A stretch of DNA of 64,000 nt from an uncultured Verrucomicrobiota bacterium (GCA_964570325.1 CAZMXS010000001.1:96987-160986), one strand, 5' to 3'. Positions 1-10,023 are shown, counted from the first letter of the stretch. The notes: generated by a model from the sequence alone, not told the origin. Made by a program: numbers and translations.

Positions 1-2
1 TC

Positions 3-899
3 TTGGTCGCGGGACCGTGGTTGCTGATCCTATGGGTTCGTTTCCGCTCATTCGCTCCGCCGACCGGCACCGGCAAACTGCTGGTCTTTCTGCCGGACGT
101 CTTCGGGTTCACCTATGACGAGTTCAAGGCCATGGGCTTCGCAGCCCGCCTCGGACTGTTCGTCCGCGCGCTGCGCAACATGGCCTGGGAACTGAACTGG
201 TATTCGTCACGCGTGGTGACGCTATTGATCGCGTTGGCCGCGCCCGGCCTGGCCTATGGTCTGTTCCGGCTCAAGGACTCGCGGCCGGCCTGGATCTTCC
301 TGGCGGGCTATGCCGGCATGCTGATCCTGCTCTACGGCTTCCTCTTTCCGCTGGTGAAGGCGCGCTACCTGGTGGCCGCGCATGTTGCCGCGGCCATCAT
401 CGTTCCCGCCGTGACCGCCCGGCTGCCCGACGGGGCGCGTCTGAAACGGCCGGCGGGCGCGCTGCTTCTGCTGTTGCTCGCGGTCAGCGCGGGCCGCTAC
501 CGCGATTACTATGCGCGCGGTGTCGCGCACTGGCAGGCAGCCGCCGACCTCGGCCGCTGGCTGGCCGCGCACAGCCCCACCCAGGCGGTCGTGGCGCTGG
601 AACCGATCGGCGCCATCGGTTTTTATTCCCAACGCCGGATTCTCGACCTCGGCGGCCTGACCGATTACAGTGTCTGGCCGTATATCCGCCGCGGTGTCTT
701 GAGCACGGCGGACCTGCCCGGGCTGTTCGCGCAGCGCGGGGTGAACTACATGGTGGATTACGACAACAACCCGTGGTTGACCGAACTGGTCGCGCGAGAT
801 CCCGGCCGCTATGTCTTCGTCAAATCATTCCGCTACCGCCATGACTGGCGGGGCAGCAACGCGACCGCGGCGGTGTGGTCGCTGTACGAACTGAAATGA
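3..899 (+). CDS. membrane protein, C-terminal part (5' partial; possibly GT-C/ArnT-PMT-like glycosyltransferase)
   Basis: ORF is open from the window start. Several hydrophobic helices (LLILWV, LLIALAAPGLAYGLF, WIFLAGYAGMLILLYGFLF, ALLLLLLAVSAG) are followed by a soluble C-terminal domain. The stop TGA at 897-899 overlaps the ATG of the next gene (ATGA). Confidence 0.45.
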   Translation: MVAGPWLLILWVRFRSFAPPTGTGKLLVFLPDVFGFTYDEFKAMGFAARLGLFVRALRNMAWELNWYSSRVVTLLIALAAPGLAYGLFRLKDSRPAWIFLAGYAGMLILLYGFLFPLVKARYLVAAHVAAAIIVPAVTARLPDGARLKRPAGALLLLLLAVSAGRYRDYYARGVAHWQAAADLGRWLAAHSPTQAVVALEPIGAIGFYSQRRILDLGGLTDYSVWPYIRRGVLSTADLPGLFAQRGVNYMVDYDNNPWLTELVARDPGRYVFVKSFRYRHDWRGSNATAAVWSLYELK

Positions 900-2071
900 A
901 CGTCGCCTTGATAGAGCCGTTCTATCCGCCGGCCCGGCGGGAAGGCGGCATCGCGCATTACACCCAATGCCTGGCCCGCGCGCTGGCCACGGCGGGACAC
1001 CCGGTGCGAGTGCTCACCAGCGATGAACATTTGAGCGAGCCGCGCGCCGACGCGCCGCCCGCCGGTGTTGCCGTTGAAGTCTTTCCGCACCCGTGGACCC
1101 GCGCAACCGCGCGGAAGATGGCCGCCCACCTTCGCCAATCCGGCGCGGAGTTCGTGCTGCTGCAATACTCCCCCGCCTCCTACTCGACCGCTTTCAAACT
1201 GGCCTGGCCGTTGATTCGCGGTCCGTTCAAAAAAGCGGTCAGTTTCCACACGCTCTGGGGCGGCAAGCGGATCAACCAGCTCATCGCGCTTCTGCTCCTG
1301 CATGGCTCCGACTTCACCATCGCCACCAATTCGGAAATCGTTTTCCTTTTGCACAAATATCTGCCGCGCGGCCTCAAACAAAATTACCATATCCCCATCG
1401 GCCCCAACATCGAACCCGCGCCGGTTGCGGCCGCCACCATAGCGGCTTTGCGACAACGGCTGGGGCTGCGGGACAACGCCATCTTTTTCGCCTATTTTGG
1501 TATGGTTTATGCGGGGAAAGGACTTCGACTGCTTATCGAAACCGCCCAGGTCGCGGCGCAGCAAGCCAGTCCGGACTTTCAACTGTTGCTGATTGGCGGC
1601 GGGATTTCCGACGACCCGCAAGCACAAAGCGAACTGGAGCAATGGATCGCCCAGGCGAAGCTGGACTGGCATGTCATCCGAACGGGGCAACTGCCGGCCG
1701 CGGAAGTGTCGGCCCTCTTACAATTGAGCGCGGCCGTTATCTTGCCCTTTGAATCCGGCGTTAGCGACCGGCGCGGCAGCCTGATGGCCGCGCTGGCCCA
1801 CGGCAAAGCCATTGTGACCACGCCGCCCTGCGTGCCGATCCCATTTTTTATCAACGGCGGCAACATGGTCTGGCCGGAAAAGCCAACACCGGAAGCGCTG
1901 GCAGAACTGCTCCGAAAAATCTGCGCCGATCCTGCCCGGCGGCGCGCGCTGGAAGCCGGGGCGGCCCGCCTCGCGCGGTCATTCGCCTGGCCGCGAATCG
2001 CGGCGGATCATGTCACCGTCTTTGAAGCGATCGGCAGGATGACGCGATGTTCCATAAACTCGAACAACTGA
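896..2071 (+). CDS. glycosyltransferase family 1 (GT4-type, GT-B fold)
   Basis: N-terminal IEPFYPPARREGGIAHY motif and overall GT4 architecture. ATGA start/stop overlap with the upstream gene suggests translational coupling. Confidence 0.75.
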   Translation: MNVALIEPFYPPARREGGIAHYTQCLARALATAGHPVRVLTSDEHLSEPRADAPPAGVAVEVFPHPWTRATARKMAAHLRQSGAEFVLLQYSPASYSTAFKLAWPLIRGPFKKAVSFHTLWGGKRINQLIALLLLHGSDFTIATNSEIVFLLHKYLPRGLKQNYHIPIGPNIEPAPVAAATIAALRQRLGLRDNAIFFAYFGMVYAGKGLRLLIETAQVAAQQASPDFQLLLIGGGISDDPQAQSELEQWIAQAKLDWHVIRTGQLPAAEVSALLQLSAAVILPFESGVSDRRGSLMAALAHGKAIVTTPPCVPIPFFINGGNMVWPEKPTPEALAELLRKICADPARRRALEAGAARLARSFAWPRIAADHVTVFEAIGRMTRCSINSNN

Positions 2072-3183
2072 TCAAGGCCCGGCGCAACCGGCCGTGGCTT
2101 GCCGCGGCGACCGCTGCCGGCCGGCCGCCGGGAGTTTTTCCGCCCAGCCTCGATAATCGGCGCGTACTGGTGATTCAATGGAACGCGCTGGGCGACTCCC
2201 TGATGACGACCCCGCTGCTGCGGCAATTGCGGACGCGCTTTCCGCAGGCGCGGATTGACGTACATTGCAAACCGGCTTCCGTCGCCATTTTCCAGGCGCA
2301 ACCCGGCCTGCGCGAAATCATCGGCCGGAACCCGCGCGCGACGGCCGGCGCGCTATGCCCGGAAGTGGCCGCGCGTCACTACGATGTAATCATTGACTGC
2401 TCCGCCGACCTGCGCAGCGCGTGCCTGACCCGGGCCGGCGCACCCGCTTACAGCGTGGGGCTGGCCCGCCCGGTTCCGGCCGGATGGCGGAGGATCAACA
2501 CCGGTGCGTTCTACGACCGCTGCGTGCCCTACGATGAGGAGACCAACATCATTGACCTGCTCCTCCGGCTCGGTGAACCCTGGCTGGGGGTTACCCGCGA
2601 CCGGCGGCTGTCCTTTGAAATCAGCCCAGCGGCAAGGCAGGCGGCCGACGCCTGGCTGACGCGGGCGGGATTGGCCGGGCTGGCGTATGCCGTGCTGCAT
2701 CCCGGCGGCAAGTGGGCGCCCAAGCGCTGGCCGGAGTCATCCTGGGCCGCGCTGATCCCGCTGCTCATTGAGCGGAAACTGGAACTGGTGGTCGTCGGCC
2801 ACACCGAAGACAAGGGCTTGGTCGAGCGGCTGCGCGATGGCGCCCCGGATCATGTGCGCCCGCTGCTCAATGCGGAACCCGGCCTGCTGGCGGGCGTGAT
2901 CGCGCGCAGTCGCGGGGTGATCTGCAACGATTCGTTTGTCATGCACCTGGCCGGCGCGCTGGCGACGCCGACCGTCGCGCTATTCGGCCCCGTCCGTCCG
3001 GAGCGCGTCGCGGGGCCGCCGGATGACCGGCGCCGCGCCTTGTATGGCGGCCTGTTCTGCAGCCCGTGCGAACTCTACTTCACGGCCGATCGCTGCCGGC
3101 GCGGCCTGAACTTCTGCCTGCGCGCCATTACCCCGGAGTGGGTGGCCCGGGAATATGCATCACTCGATCTTGAAATGAATTGA
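2047..3183 (+). CDS. glycosyltransferase family 9 (ADP-heptose:LPS heptosyltransferase-like)
   Basis: Motifs VLVIQWNALGDSLMTTPLL and GVICNDSFVMHLAGALATPTVALFGP are typical of GT9. Overlaps the upstream GT gene by 25 nt. Confidence 0.75.
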   Translation: MFHKLEQLIKARRNRPWLAAATAAGRPPGVFPPSLDNRRVLVIQWNALGDSLMTTPLLRQLRTRFPQARIDVHCKPASVAIFQAQPGLREIIGRNPRATAGALCPEVAARHYDVIIDCSADLRSACLTRAGAPAYSVGLARPVPAGWRRINTGAFYDRCVPYDEETNIIDLLLRLGEPWLGVTRDRRLSFEISPAARQAADAWLTRAGLAGLAYAVLHPGGKWAPKRWPESSWAALIPLLIERKLELVVVGHTEDKGLVERLRDGAPDHVRPLLNAEPGLLAGVIARSRGVICNDSFVMHLAGALATPTVALFGPVRPERVAGPPDDRRRALYGGLFCSPCELYFTADRCRRGLNFCLRAITPEWVAREYASLDLEMN

Positions 3184-3277
3184 CTTCAATGATCCATTCC
3201 CCTCACTAAAGTTGCATGCAGCGGGAAAGTCAGAAGCGTCTGGCGGATGAAGCGGTCAAACGGCCGGGCGATGCGCC

Positions 3278-4411
3278 TTGAGTTCGATGATCTGCCGGAT
3301 TCTATATCTGCACCACCAACCCAAGCTGGGTGGCGCGGAGCGCAGTTTGCTGAATTTGTTCGCGGGGCTTGACCGAAAACGGTTCGCGCCGATGCTCGCC
3401 GGGCCGGCCGCCGGGCCGTTCCCGGATGCGGCGCGCGCGCTCGGCGTGCCGGTTCGGCCGCTGGAGTTCCAATCGTTGAAAAATCTGCCGGCGCTTTTTT
3501 CCAATGCTTGGAAAATCGCGCGGTTCGCCCGCGCCGCGGGCGTGGGCATCCTCCACGGCCAGACACCACGCACCAACCTGCCGGCCGCGCTGGCGGGCCG
3601 GCTGGCCGGAATCCCGGCCGTCTGGCACGCGCGCGTTCTGCTGGAAGCCGGCCTGTCGGACTGGGATCGCCGTTTTGCCTGCCTGCCGCGCGCGATCATC
3701 TGCAACTCTGACGCGATTCGCGCGCGGTTCGCCGGCATACCCCATTTTGCGGAGAAAACAGTCACCATCCGAAACGGCGTGGACACCGCATGGTTTGCCC
3801 CCGACGCCGTGGATCGCGGCGCGGCCCGGCGGCCGTTCGGCATTTCCGCCAACTGTTTTGTCTATGGCTGTTTCGACCGGCTGGACCCGGTGAAAAATCA
3901 TGAAGTGATTCTGCGCGCTTTCCGGACTGTCCACGCCGCGCATCCGGGAACCTGCTTGCTGATTGTCGGCGCGGCTTTCATCAACCCGGACGGCCGGCGC
4001 GCGGAACTGGAGCATCTGGCCGCGGATCTGGGCCTGGGGACCGACGCGCGCTTCGCCGGTTTTATGGATGACGTGCGCGCGGGGATGGCCGCGTGCGACG
4101 CCATCGTGCAAGCCTCGCGCTCCGAAGGCTGCAGCCGGGCCATCTGCGAAGCGCTGGCAATGGGGCGGCCGGTCATCGCCGCGCGCGTGGGCGGCAACCC
4201 CGAACTGGTCACGGACGGAGAAAACGGCCTGTTGTTCCCGGACAATGACGCGGCGGCGCTGGCGGCGGCGCTGGACCGATTGCTGACCGAACCGGGCCTG
4301 GCGGCGCGCCTGGGAGCGGCGGCGCGGGAACGGGCGCTGAAGGAGCTTTCGCTGGCGGAATATGTGCGCAAAACGGAAGCCGTGTATACGGACTGCCGGG
4401 ACTCGTATTGA
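3278..4411 (+). CDS. glycosyltransferase family 1 (GT4-type)
   Basis: N-terminal LYLHHQPKLGGAERS and a C-terminal GT-B region (RSEGCSRAICEALAMGRPVIAARVGGNPELV) with the typical GT4 E-x7-E-like motif. Confidence 0.75.
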   Translation: MSSMICRILYLHHQPKLGGAERSLLNLFAGLDRKRFAPMLAGPAAGPFPDAARALGVPVRPLEFQSLKNLPALFSNAWKIARFARAAGVGILHGQTPRTNLPAALAGRLAGIPAVWHARVLLEAGLSDWDRRFACLPRAIICNSDAIRARFAGIPHFAEKTVTIRNGVDTAWFAPDAVDRGAARRPFGISANCFVYGCFDRLDPVKNHEVILRAFRTVHAAHPGTCLLIVGAAFINPDGRRAELEHLAADLGLGTDARFAGFMDDVRAGMAACDAIVQASRSEGCSRAICEALAMGRPVIAARVGGNPELVTDGENGLLFPDNDAAALAAALDRLLTEPGLAARLGAAARERALKELSLAEYVRKTEAVYTDCRDSY

Positions 4412-4480
4412 GCGGTAAGGGTTCCCGACAGCGGTAGACACGCTCCGGATATAGTTATGGGGTTGAGGCGCCCCCTCGGA

Positions 4481-5614
4481 TCACCGGCAAGGCGCGGTTG
4501 AATTCCGGACTATCAGTTGGGCGGGCAGAATGGTCATCGTGACGGGCTCGCGGTCCTTGAAATGGCCCCATACCCGGCGGACCGCCAGGCGGCCCATCTG
4601 ATCCAGATCCATATGCACGGTGGTTAGCGGCGGCTGGGAAGCGGCCGCCCACGGTGTGTCATCAAAACCCGTAACCGACACATCGCGCGGCACATTCAAC
4701 GAAGCCTGATCGGCCAGGAATTGAATCGCGCCCACAGCCATTTCATCGCTGAAAGCGCAAATGGCGGTGGGCTTAAAACCGCTCTTGAGCGCAGAGGCGG
4801 TCAAGCGCTGGGCGTTTTCGCGGCGTCCGTCACACACCATCACCGTCACACTATCATGCGGCAAGCCGGCGCGCTCAAGGGCATCATGAACGCCCGCCAG
4901 ACGATCTTGCGTGGAGCGCAAAGCATCGCGGCCCGTGACGACCATGATGTTCCGGTGGCCGAGCCCGAGCAGATGATTCATCACCAAAGCTCCTCCGCCC
5001 CGATTATCCAGCGTGATGGCGCTGGCTGGGATGCCTGGATTCGCGCAATCCGCCAGGATGGCCGGCGGCCCCTGTTCAATGAGCCGGCGCATCAGGGAAG
5101 AATCCGGCATGCCCAGGTAAATCATCGCATCCAGTTGCGCGCGGGCCAGCCGGCTTAATACCCGAACCTCGGGCTCGCCAGCGCGTAACGGGATCATGAC
5201 CAGGCTTCCCTGCAAGCGCGCAAGCTCATCGCGAATACCCTGGATGATTTCCACATGCGAGGGTTCCGCGTCTTTTGATTCCGGCGTAATCAAACCCACG
5301 GTCAAAGGACGCCGCTGCAAACTAAACGTCGTCAGCGGCCGGTTTTCCGCCACATACGTTCCCTGCGCGGGCACGGAATAAATAAGGCCCGCCGCATACA
5401 ATTGAGCCAGACCCCGGCGAACCGTGATCTTGTTCAACGCGTATGTCCGGGCCAGATCGTCCATGGACGGCAGGCGATCTCCAGGTTTCAATTTTCCGCT
5501 TTTGATCTGATCGCGCACAATATCCGCCAACTGGCAATACAAAAACGGGCGCCCGTCTCGGTCACGCTTCAACGGTTGCGGCGGCCGCCCCGGACGTTTG
5601 GCCTTGTTCTTCAT
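4481..5614 (-). CDS. transcriptional regulator, GntR-type winged HTH fused to LacI/periplasmic-binding-protein-type sugar-binding domain
   Basis: N-terminal HTH (LPSMDDLARTYALNKITVRRGLAQL) followed by a LacI-type effector domain (TVGLITP...NIMVVTG...VTGFDD). Divergent from the secreted CBM/GH genes. Confidence 0.8.
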   Translation of the reverse strand: MKNKAKRPGRPPQPLKRDRDGRPFLYCQLADIVRDQIKSGKLKPGDRLPSMDDLARTYALNKITVRRGLAQLYAAGLIYSVPAQGTYVAENRPLTTFSLQRRPLTVGLITPESKDAEPSHVEIIQGIRDELARLQGSLVMIPLRAGEPEVRVLSRLARAQLDAMIYLGMPDSSLMRRLIEQGPPAILADCANPGIPASAITLDNRGGGALVMNHLLGLGHRNIMVVTGRDALRSTQDRLAGVHDALERAGLPHDSVTVMVCDGRRENAQRLTASALKSGFKPTAICAFSDEMAVGAIQFLADQASLNVPRDVSVTGFDDTPWAAASQPPLTTVHMDLDQMGRLAVRRVWGHFKDREPVTMTILPAQLIVRNSTAPCR

Positions 5615-5616
5615 TT

Positions 5617-5807
5617 AACCCTCGCTTGTCAAAATATATGTATTCTAGATGTATACCGCAATAAACATTGTTACATTTCACAAATGTTTATATCACACGC
5701 TGATACACAAGCAAGTAAAAATCTGATCAATCAAATAAATTATTTGATAACCATCCTAGTATTATACCATTCTGCATACAACAAAAACCGGGTTATATGA
5801 CGAAAGG
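5617..5807. promoter_or_regulatory. AT-rich divergent intergenic region with two perfect palindromes (candidate operators)
   Basis: Strongly AT-rich in a high-GC genome. A 9-bp inverted repeat, ATAAACATT (5661-5669) and AATGTTTAT (5683-5691), has a 13-bp spacer. A 17-bp palindrome TCAAATAAaTTATTTGA lies at 5731-5747. The region sits between the regulator (minus strand) and the CBM/GH genes (plus strand). Confidence 0.5.
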
Positions 5808-7298
5808 ATGCGACCCATGACGACGAGTACACCGGCAAATAGCTGGCGCAAGTTGGTGATCGGCAGTTGGCTGGCGGTCCAATTGGCGGGGGCGGCCCGC
5901 GGCAATCTCCTGAATAATGGCGGATTTGAAGTCGGCTCAACGGGCGATAACTTTGCGGCCATTCAAGGATGGCCTATTTATTGGGGCGGCGAATGGGGCG
6001 GCGTTTTAGCGGATGGCAGCGCGCAAGCGCCATATTCTGGGTTGCATTGCCTAAAGCTCAACGCTTACGGCGGCGCGTCCGGCACGTGGGAGAAGGGGCT
6101 CGGGCAGGGATTCCCCGCGGTTCCCGGCCAGATCTACAGCTTTACCGGCGCAATGGTTTCACCAGCCGGGCCAAATCGGTTTGCGCCGTCGAACGGGGTC
6201 TGTGTCCTGCGTTTGGAGTTCTTCAATCAAATCGGCGTCTCATTGGGCGGCGAAAATGCCACTCCTCTTTTCGGCCAGAATGGTCCCACGGATTGGACCG
6301 TCTTCGCCTCTGGCCCAATCCTGGCGCCGGCGGGAACGGTGACGGGCCGTTGTTTCATCCTGCATTGGCCGGGCGGTGATCGAACCGAGGATCAGTTCGT
6401 CTATGTGGATGACGTAGCGGTCAACACGACCGCTGTGGAACGGTCGGGGGCCATCGCCAATCCCGGGTTCGAGATTCGCACAGGGGCGCCATTGACATTG
6501 TCCGGCATTCCGTTCTGGACGGCTTTCGGGGATGGCGGCGCGGTCACGACGGAACGCGCGCGTTCGGGACAGCGTTCGCTGTTATTCTGGTATCCCGGCA
6601 GCTTGGTGGGACAGTCGTGGACCGTGTCGCCGGGCCTGGAATACGCCGCCGGCGCTTATCTGTCTTCGACCAACTTCACTTCAACCAACGCCTTCGGCAT
6701 CGTCATTATGCAATACTTGGACAACACCGGCACCAACATCGTGGGGGAATGCCTTAGCCCACGGTTCGATGCGAACACCGGCTCAACGGATTGGCGATAT
6801 TACGGCACCTCCGGCATCGCGCCCACGAATGCCGTTACCGCGCGCATGCTGGTGGGGATCGTCGGCACGGAAACGGACTACGGCTCATCCGTCATGTACG
6901 CGGACGACGCGCTCCAAGTGGGCCCGCTGTCCACCTGGGCCGCCTGGCAGTGGCGCTATTTCACCGCCACGAGCGGTGAGGCGGTTGCGGAGTCCGGTGA
7001 TTTTGACGGCGACGGCTTCGCGAACTGGAGCGAGTTCATCGCGGGTACGGATCCCACCCAGCGTTCGTCCTGCCTCGCCCTGCAACCCGCCGGAGCGCAG
7101 GGAGCCGGCGCCGTCATTCGCTGGCCCAGCGTCAGCGGCCGCATTTACCGCGTGGAACGCACGACCCAGTTGGTTCAGCGGGGATTTGAAGTGCTGAGTT
7201 CCGGCGTACCGGCCACGCCGCCGGCGAATGTCTACACCGACGCGGCGCCGCCGGCGATCTGCTTCTACCGGCTGCACGTTATCACTAATCAACCATAA
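5808..7298 (+). CDS. secreted protein with two CBM4/9-like carbohydrate-binding modules and a C-terminal Ca-binding (TSP3-like) motif plus beta-sandwich domain
   Basis: Signal-peptide-like N-terminus. Two domains begin with NNGGFE and NPGFE, typical of CBM_4_9-type modules. D-x-D-x-D-G motif (GDFDGDGFANWSEF). C-terminal ~80 aa resemble the C-terminus of the giant protein at 20452..28521. Confidence 0.65.
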   Translation: MRPMTTSTPANSWRKLVIGSWLAVQLAGAARGNLLNNGGFEVGSTGDNFAAIQGWPIYWGGEWGGVLADGSAQAPYSGLHCLKLNAYGGASGTWEKGLGQGFPAVPGQIYSFTGAMVSPAGPNRFAPSNGVCVLRLEFFNQIGVSLGGENATPLFGQNGPTDWTVFASGPILAPAGTVTGRCFILHWPGGDRTEDQFVYVDDVAVNTTAVERSGAIANPGFEIRTGAPLTLSGIPFWTAFGDGGAVTTERARSGQRSLLFWYPGSLVGQSWTVSPGLEYAAGAYLSSTNFTSTNAFGIVIMQYLDNTGTNIVGECLSPRFDANTGSTDWRYYGTSGIAPTNAVTARMLVGIVGTETDYGSSVMYADDALQVGPLSTWAAWQWRYFTATSGEAVAESGDFDGDGFANWSEFIAGTDPTQRSSCLALQPAGAQGAGAVIRWPSVSGRIYRVERTTQLVQRGFEVLSSGVPATPPANVYTDAAPPAICFYRLHVITNQP

Positions 7299-7309
7299 GG
7301 AGCGCAACC

Positions 7310-9271
7310 GTGCATACTCGACTCTATTTGAGCCTGACGCTCGCCCTGTTGTCCGGCTGGAATGTTGCGGGATTCCCCCTGCACGACCCCGGCGCCGAGG
7401 ATATCATTGATTACGAGAAATACGGCCGATTCGTCACAGACGAAAAAGGAAGCGTGTCATACGTGCTGGTGGATCAGGCGGGCCTTGCGCGAGCCTCCGG
7501 CGAAGGCATTGATCCCAGCCTGAGCATTGCCGACGATCCGGCTTATCAGGCGGCCAAATCCAAGAAACGCTGGCGGCCAGGCGACCACTGGCAGCATGTC
7601 GGGTCATCCGATCCGCAGCTCGATTTCTTTGTCTGGAACGACGCGCCAGAGGAACCGGGAGTGCGTTTGTTGTTCGTCGGGCGCGCACTGGAGAAAGGCG
7701 GCCAATTGCTGCACGCCTTGAAGGCCTATCGCGCCGTGATGGTATTGTATCCCGATTCCGCCACATGGAGCGCCGGCGGCGAGTTCCAATGGAGCGCGGC
7801 GGAGGCGGCCTGGCACAGCATGCAAAATCTCCTGCGGAAACACCCGGAGTTAAATCTTCGGCTGGTGGATGCCGATGTAACCACGCGCGCGGAGTTCGCG
7901 GGTTTGAGAATTCACGTTCGACCGGGCCGGCTTGAATCCATCCAGGGAAAAGCAGATGCGCCGTCGGCAGCCGCCCGAGAGCCGCTTGATCGAAGCCGCA
8001 TCCAGGTCGCGCGCGGAACCGGCGAAGTTCACTTGGTTCAGTATGCCAATGGCGATTGGGAAATGCTTGTCGGCAACGCGCCGTATTTCATCCGCGGTAT
8101 GACCTATATGCCGACCAAGATCGGCGTTGTCCCCTGGGAATGGAACTGGCTATGGGCAGACGAAAACCGGAACGGCCTCGTGGATATGTTCGAGGTTTGG
8201 GCCGATCGTAACGCCAATAACATTCAAGATCCGGACGAGCCGACAACCTCGGACTTTGCGCTGATGCGGGACATGGGCGTCAACACCATCCGCCTCTTCA
8301 TCACCGACCCGGAACTGGTTTCATTCAACCTATTGGCTATGCGACAGATGTACCACGAATTCGGCATCCGTGTTCTGGTCGGCAATTTTCTCGGCGCGTA
8401 CTGCAACGGCTCGGGCGCGCGGTGGGAACAGGGCACGGATTATACCAATCGCAAACAGCGCGACAACATGAAGGCGTCGGTGAGCAACATGGTTATGAAA
8501 CTCAAGGATGAGCCCTGGGTGCTGGCCTGGCTGCTCGGCAATGAGAACAATATGGAAAAGAACGAGGAAGTCAACGCCACCCGGACCAACGCGTCGGAAT
8601 ATCCGGAAACTTACGCGCGGTTCCTGAACGAGGTGTGCCGAATGGTCCACGAGCTGGACCCCCACCACCCGGTGGGTGTCGGCAATTTACTGGTTGGCTT
8701 GGTCGAACATTATGGCCGCCTGGCGCCCGAATTGGATTTCATCGGCATCAATAGCTACATCGGCGGCGAAGGGTTCGGCGCAACTTGGCAGAAGATCAGC
8801 CAGACCATGAACCGGCCAGTAGTCATCACGGAATTTGGATGCGACTCCTATTGGAGCGATCGCGGGCCCGACGAGGACGCGCAGACCGCCTACCTGCTGG
8901 GTAACTGGGAGGATATCGAGTTCAACCGGGCTGGGGGCTCCGGTGTCGGCAACTCGATCGGCGGATTCGTCTTCGAGTGGCTGGACGAATGGTGGAAAGA
9001 CACGCACACGGGATCGGCTGCGGATGTCGCGCGCCATAATTCTCGCGCCGTGTTTCCGATGCCTTTTCCGGATGGTTTCGCGCAGGAGGAATGGTTTGGC
9101 CTGATGGGTCAGGGCGCGGGAACCGCCAGCCCTTTCCAGCGGGTGCCGAAAAAGGCGTACCACGTTTTGCGGGACGTTTGGAACCCCGAACTCATAACCA
9201 GAAAGGAGGCGCCAGCGGCAAATACTGATGTGAACGTCAAAATGGATGCTCAATGTTCGAGCCATTTATAA
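7310..9271 (+). CDS. secreted glycoside hydrolase, clan GH-A TIM barrel (GH5-like)
   Basis: GTG start with RBS TAAGGAG at 7295-7301. Signal peptide LSLTLALLSGWNVAG. Catalytic-type motifs WLLGNENN (acid/base Glu) and VVITEFGCDSYW (nucleophile Glu). Confidence 0.65.
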   Translation: MHTRLYLSLTLALLSGWNVAGFPLHDPGAEDIIDYEKYGRFVTDEKGSVSYVLVDQAGLARASGEGIDPSLSIADDPAYQAAKSKKRWRPGDHWQHVGSSDPQLDFFVWNDAPEEPGVRLLFVGRALEKGGQLLHALKAYRAVMVLYPDSATWSAGGEFQWSAAEAAWHSMQNLLRKHPELNLRLVDADVTTRAEFAGLRIHVRPGRLESIQGKADAPSAAAREPLDRSRIQVARGTGEVHLVQYANGDWEMLVGNAPYFIRGMTYMPTKIGVVPWEWNWLWADENRNGLVDMFEVWADRNANNIQDPDEPTTSDFALMRDMGVNTIRLFITDPELVSFNLLAMRQMYHEFGIRVLVGNFLGAYCNGSGARWEQGTDYTNRKQRDNMKASVSNMVMKLKDEPWVLAWLLGNENNMEKNEEVNATRTNASEYPETYARFLNEVCRMVHELDPHHPVGVGNLLVGLVEHYGRLAPELDFIGINSYIGGEGFGATWQKISQTMNRPVVITEFGCDSYWSDRGPDEDAQTAYLLGNWEDIEFNRAGGSGVGNSIGGFVFEWLDEWWKDTHTGSAADVARHNSRAVFPMPFPDGFAQEEWFGLMGQGAGTASPFQRVPKKAYHVLRDVWNPELITRKEAPAANTDVNVKMDAQCSSHL

Positions 9272-9316
9272 ATGCAGTGCAAGATCAAGCGGTATATTCA
9301 GATAAGGAGCACACAA

Positions 9317-9958
9317 ATGTTCGGAAGTACAGGTTGGATGACTTTGTTGTTAGTTGCGGCGCTGGCCCGTGCGGTTCAATGTGCGGTGGCGGAAGATCCC
9401 GCTTCGCCGGTCGCCCCGGCAAGCGGCCCGGCCGCCCCCAAAGGAGAAACCGTCAAGATTCCATGCGTCGTCTATTCCGATTTCGATGCGGAAGGAGAGA
9501 CGCCTTTCATCGCTTCCGGTTGGATGGGCGCGACCGAGGCTATCGAAATGGACGATGCCTGGCGCGAGAATGTCCAAAGCGGAAGCTCTTGCATCAAGGT
9601 TTCGTTCAACGAGCCCAAGGGTTGGGGTGGCGTGGTCTGGCAAAACCCGGCCAACAATTGGGGGGATGACGAAGGCGGCGTGGACTTGTCCGGCGCCCAG
9701 AAGCTGAGTTTCTGGGCCCGCGGTGAAAACGGAGGCGAAGTGGTGGAATTCAAGATGGGCCTGATCGCCAAGAACAAGCCTTTTTATGACACCGGCAAGG
9801 CCTCGTTAGGCAAAGTCAAGCTGACCAAGGAATGGAAACAATACACGCTGCCGTTGACGGGCAAAGATCTGGGACGGATTGTAACCGGCTTCTGCTGGGT
9901 CGTGGCCGGACGGAAAGATCCGACAACATTCTATCTCGATAATATCGTGTACGAGTAA
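9317..9958 (+). CDS. secreted protein of unknown function (possible carbohydrate-binding domain)
   Basis: RBS AAGGAG 9 nt upstream of ATG 9317. Signal peptide MFGSTGWMTLLLVAALARAVQCA. Beta-rich sequence. The ORF-track start at 9272 is probably too early. Confidence 0.5.
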   Translation: MFGSTGWMTLLLVAALARAVQCAVAEDPASPVAPASGPAAPKGETVKIPCVVYSDFDAEGETPFIASGWMGATEAIEMDDAWRENVQSGSSCIKVSFNEPKGWGGVVWQNPANNWGDDEGGVDLSGAQKLSFWARGENGGEVVEFKMGLIAKNKPFYDTGKASLGKVKLTKEWKQYTLPLTGKDLGRIVTGFCWVVAGRKDPTTFYLDNIVYE

Positions 9959-9977
9959 TCCCAAACAAGCAAAAGTC

Positions 9978-10013
9978 GAACCGGACACCCCCGCCGGACG
10001 GGGTGTCCGGTTC
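9978..10013. terminator. intrinsic terminator hairpin between convergent genes
   Basis: Perfect 14-bp stem GAACCGGACACCCC / GGGGTGTCCGGTTC with an 8-nt loop CGCCGGAC. The minus-strand side is followed by the T-rich tract GACTTTTGCTTGTTT. Confidence 0.6.
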
Positions 10014-10023
10014 GGCATTTGGG

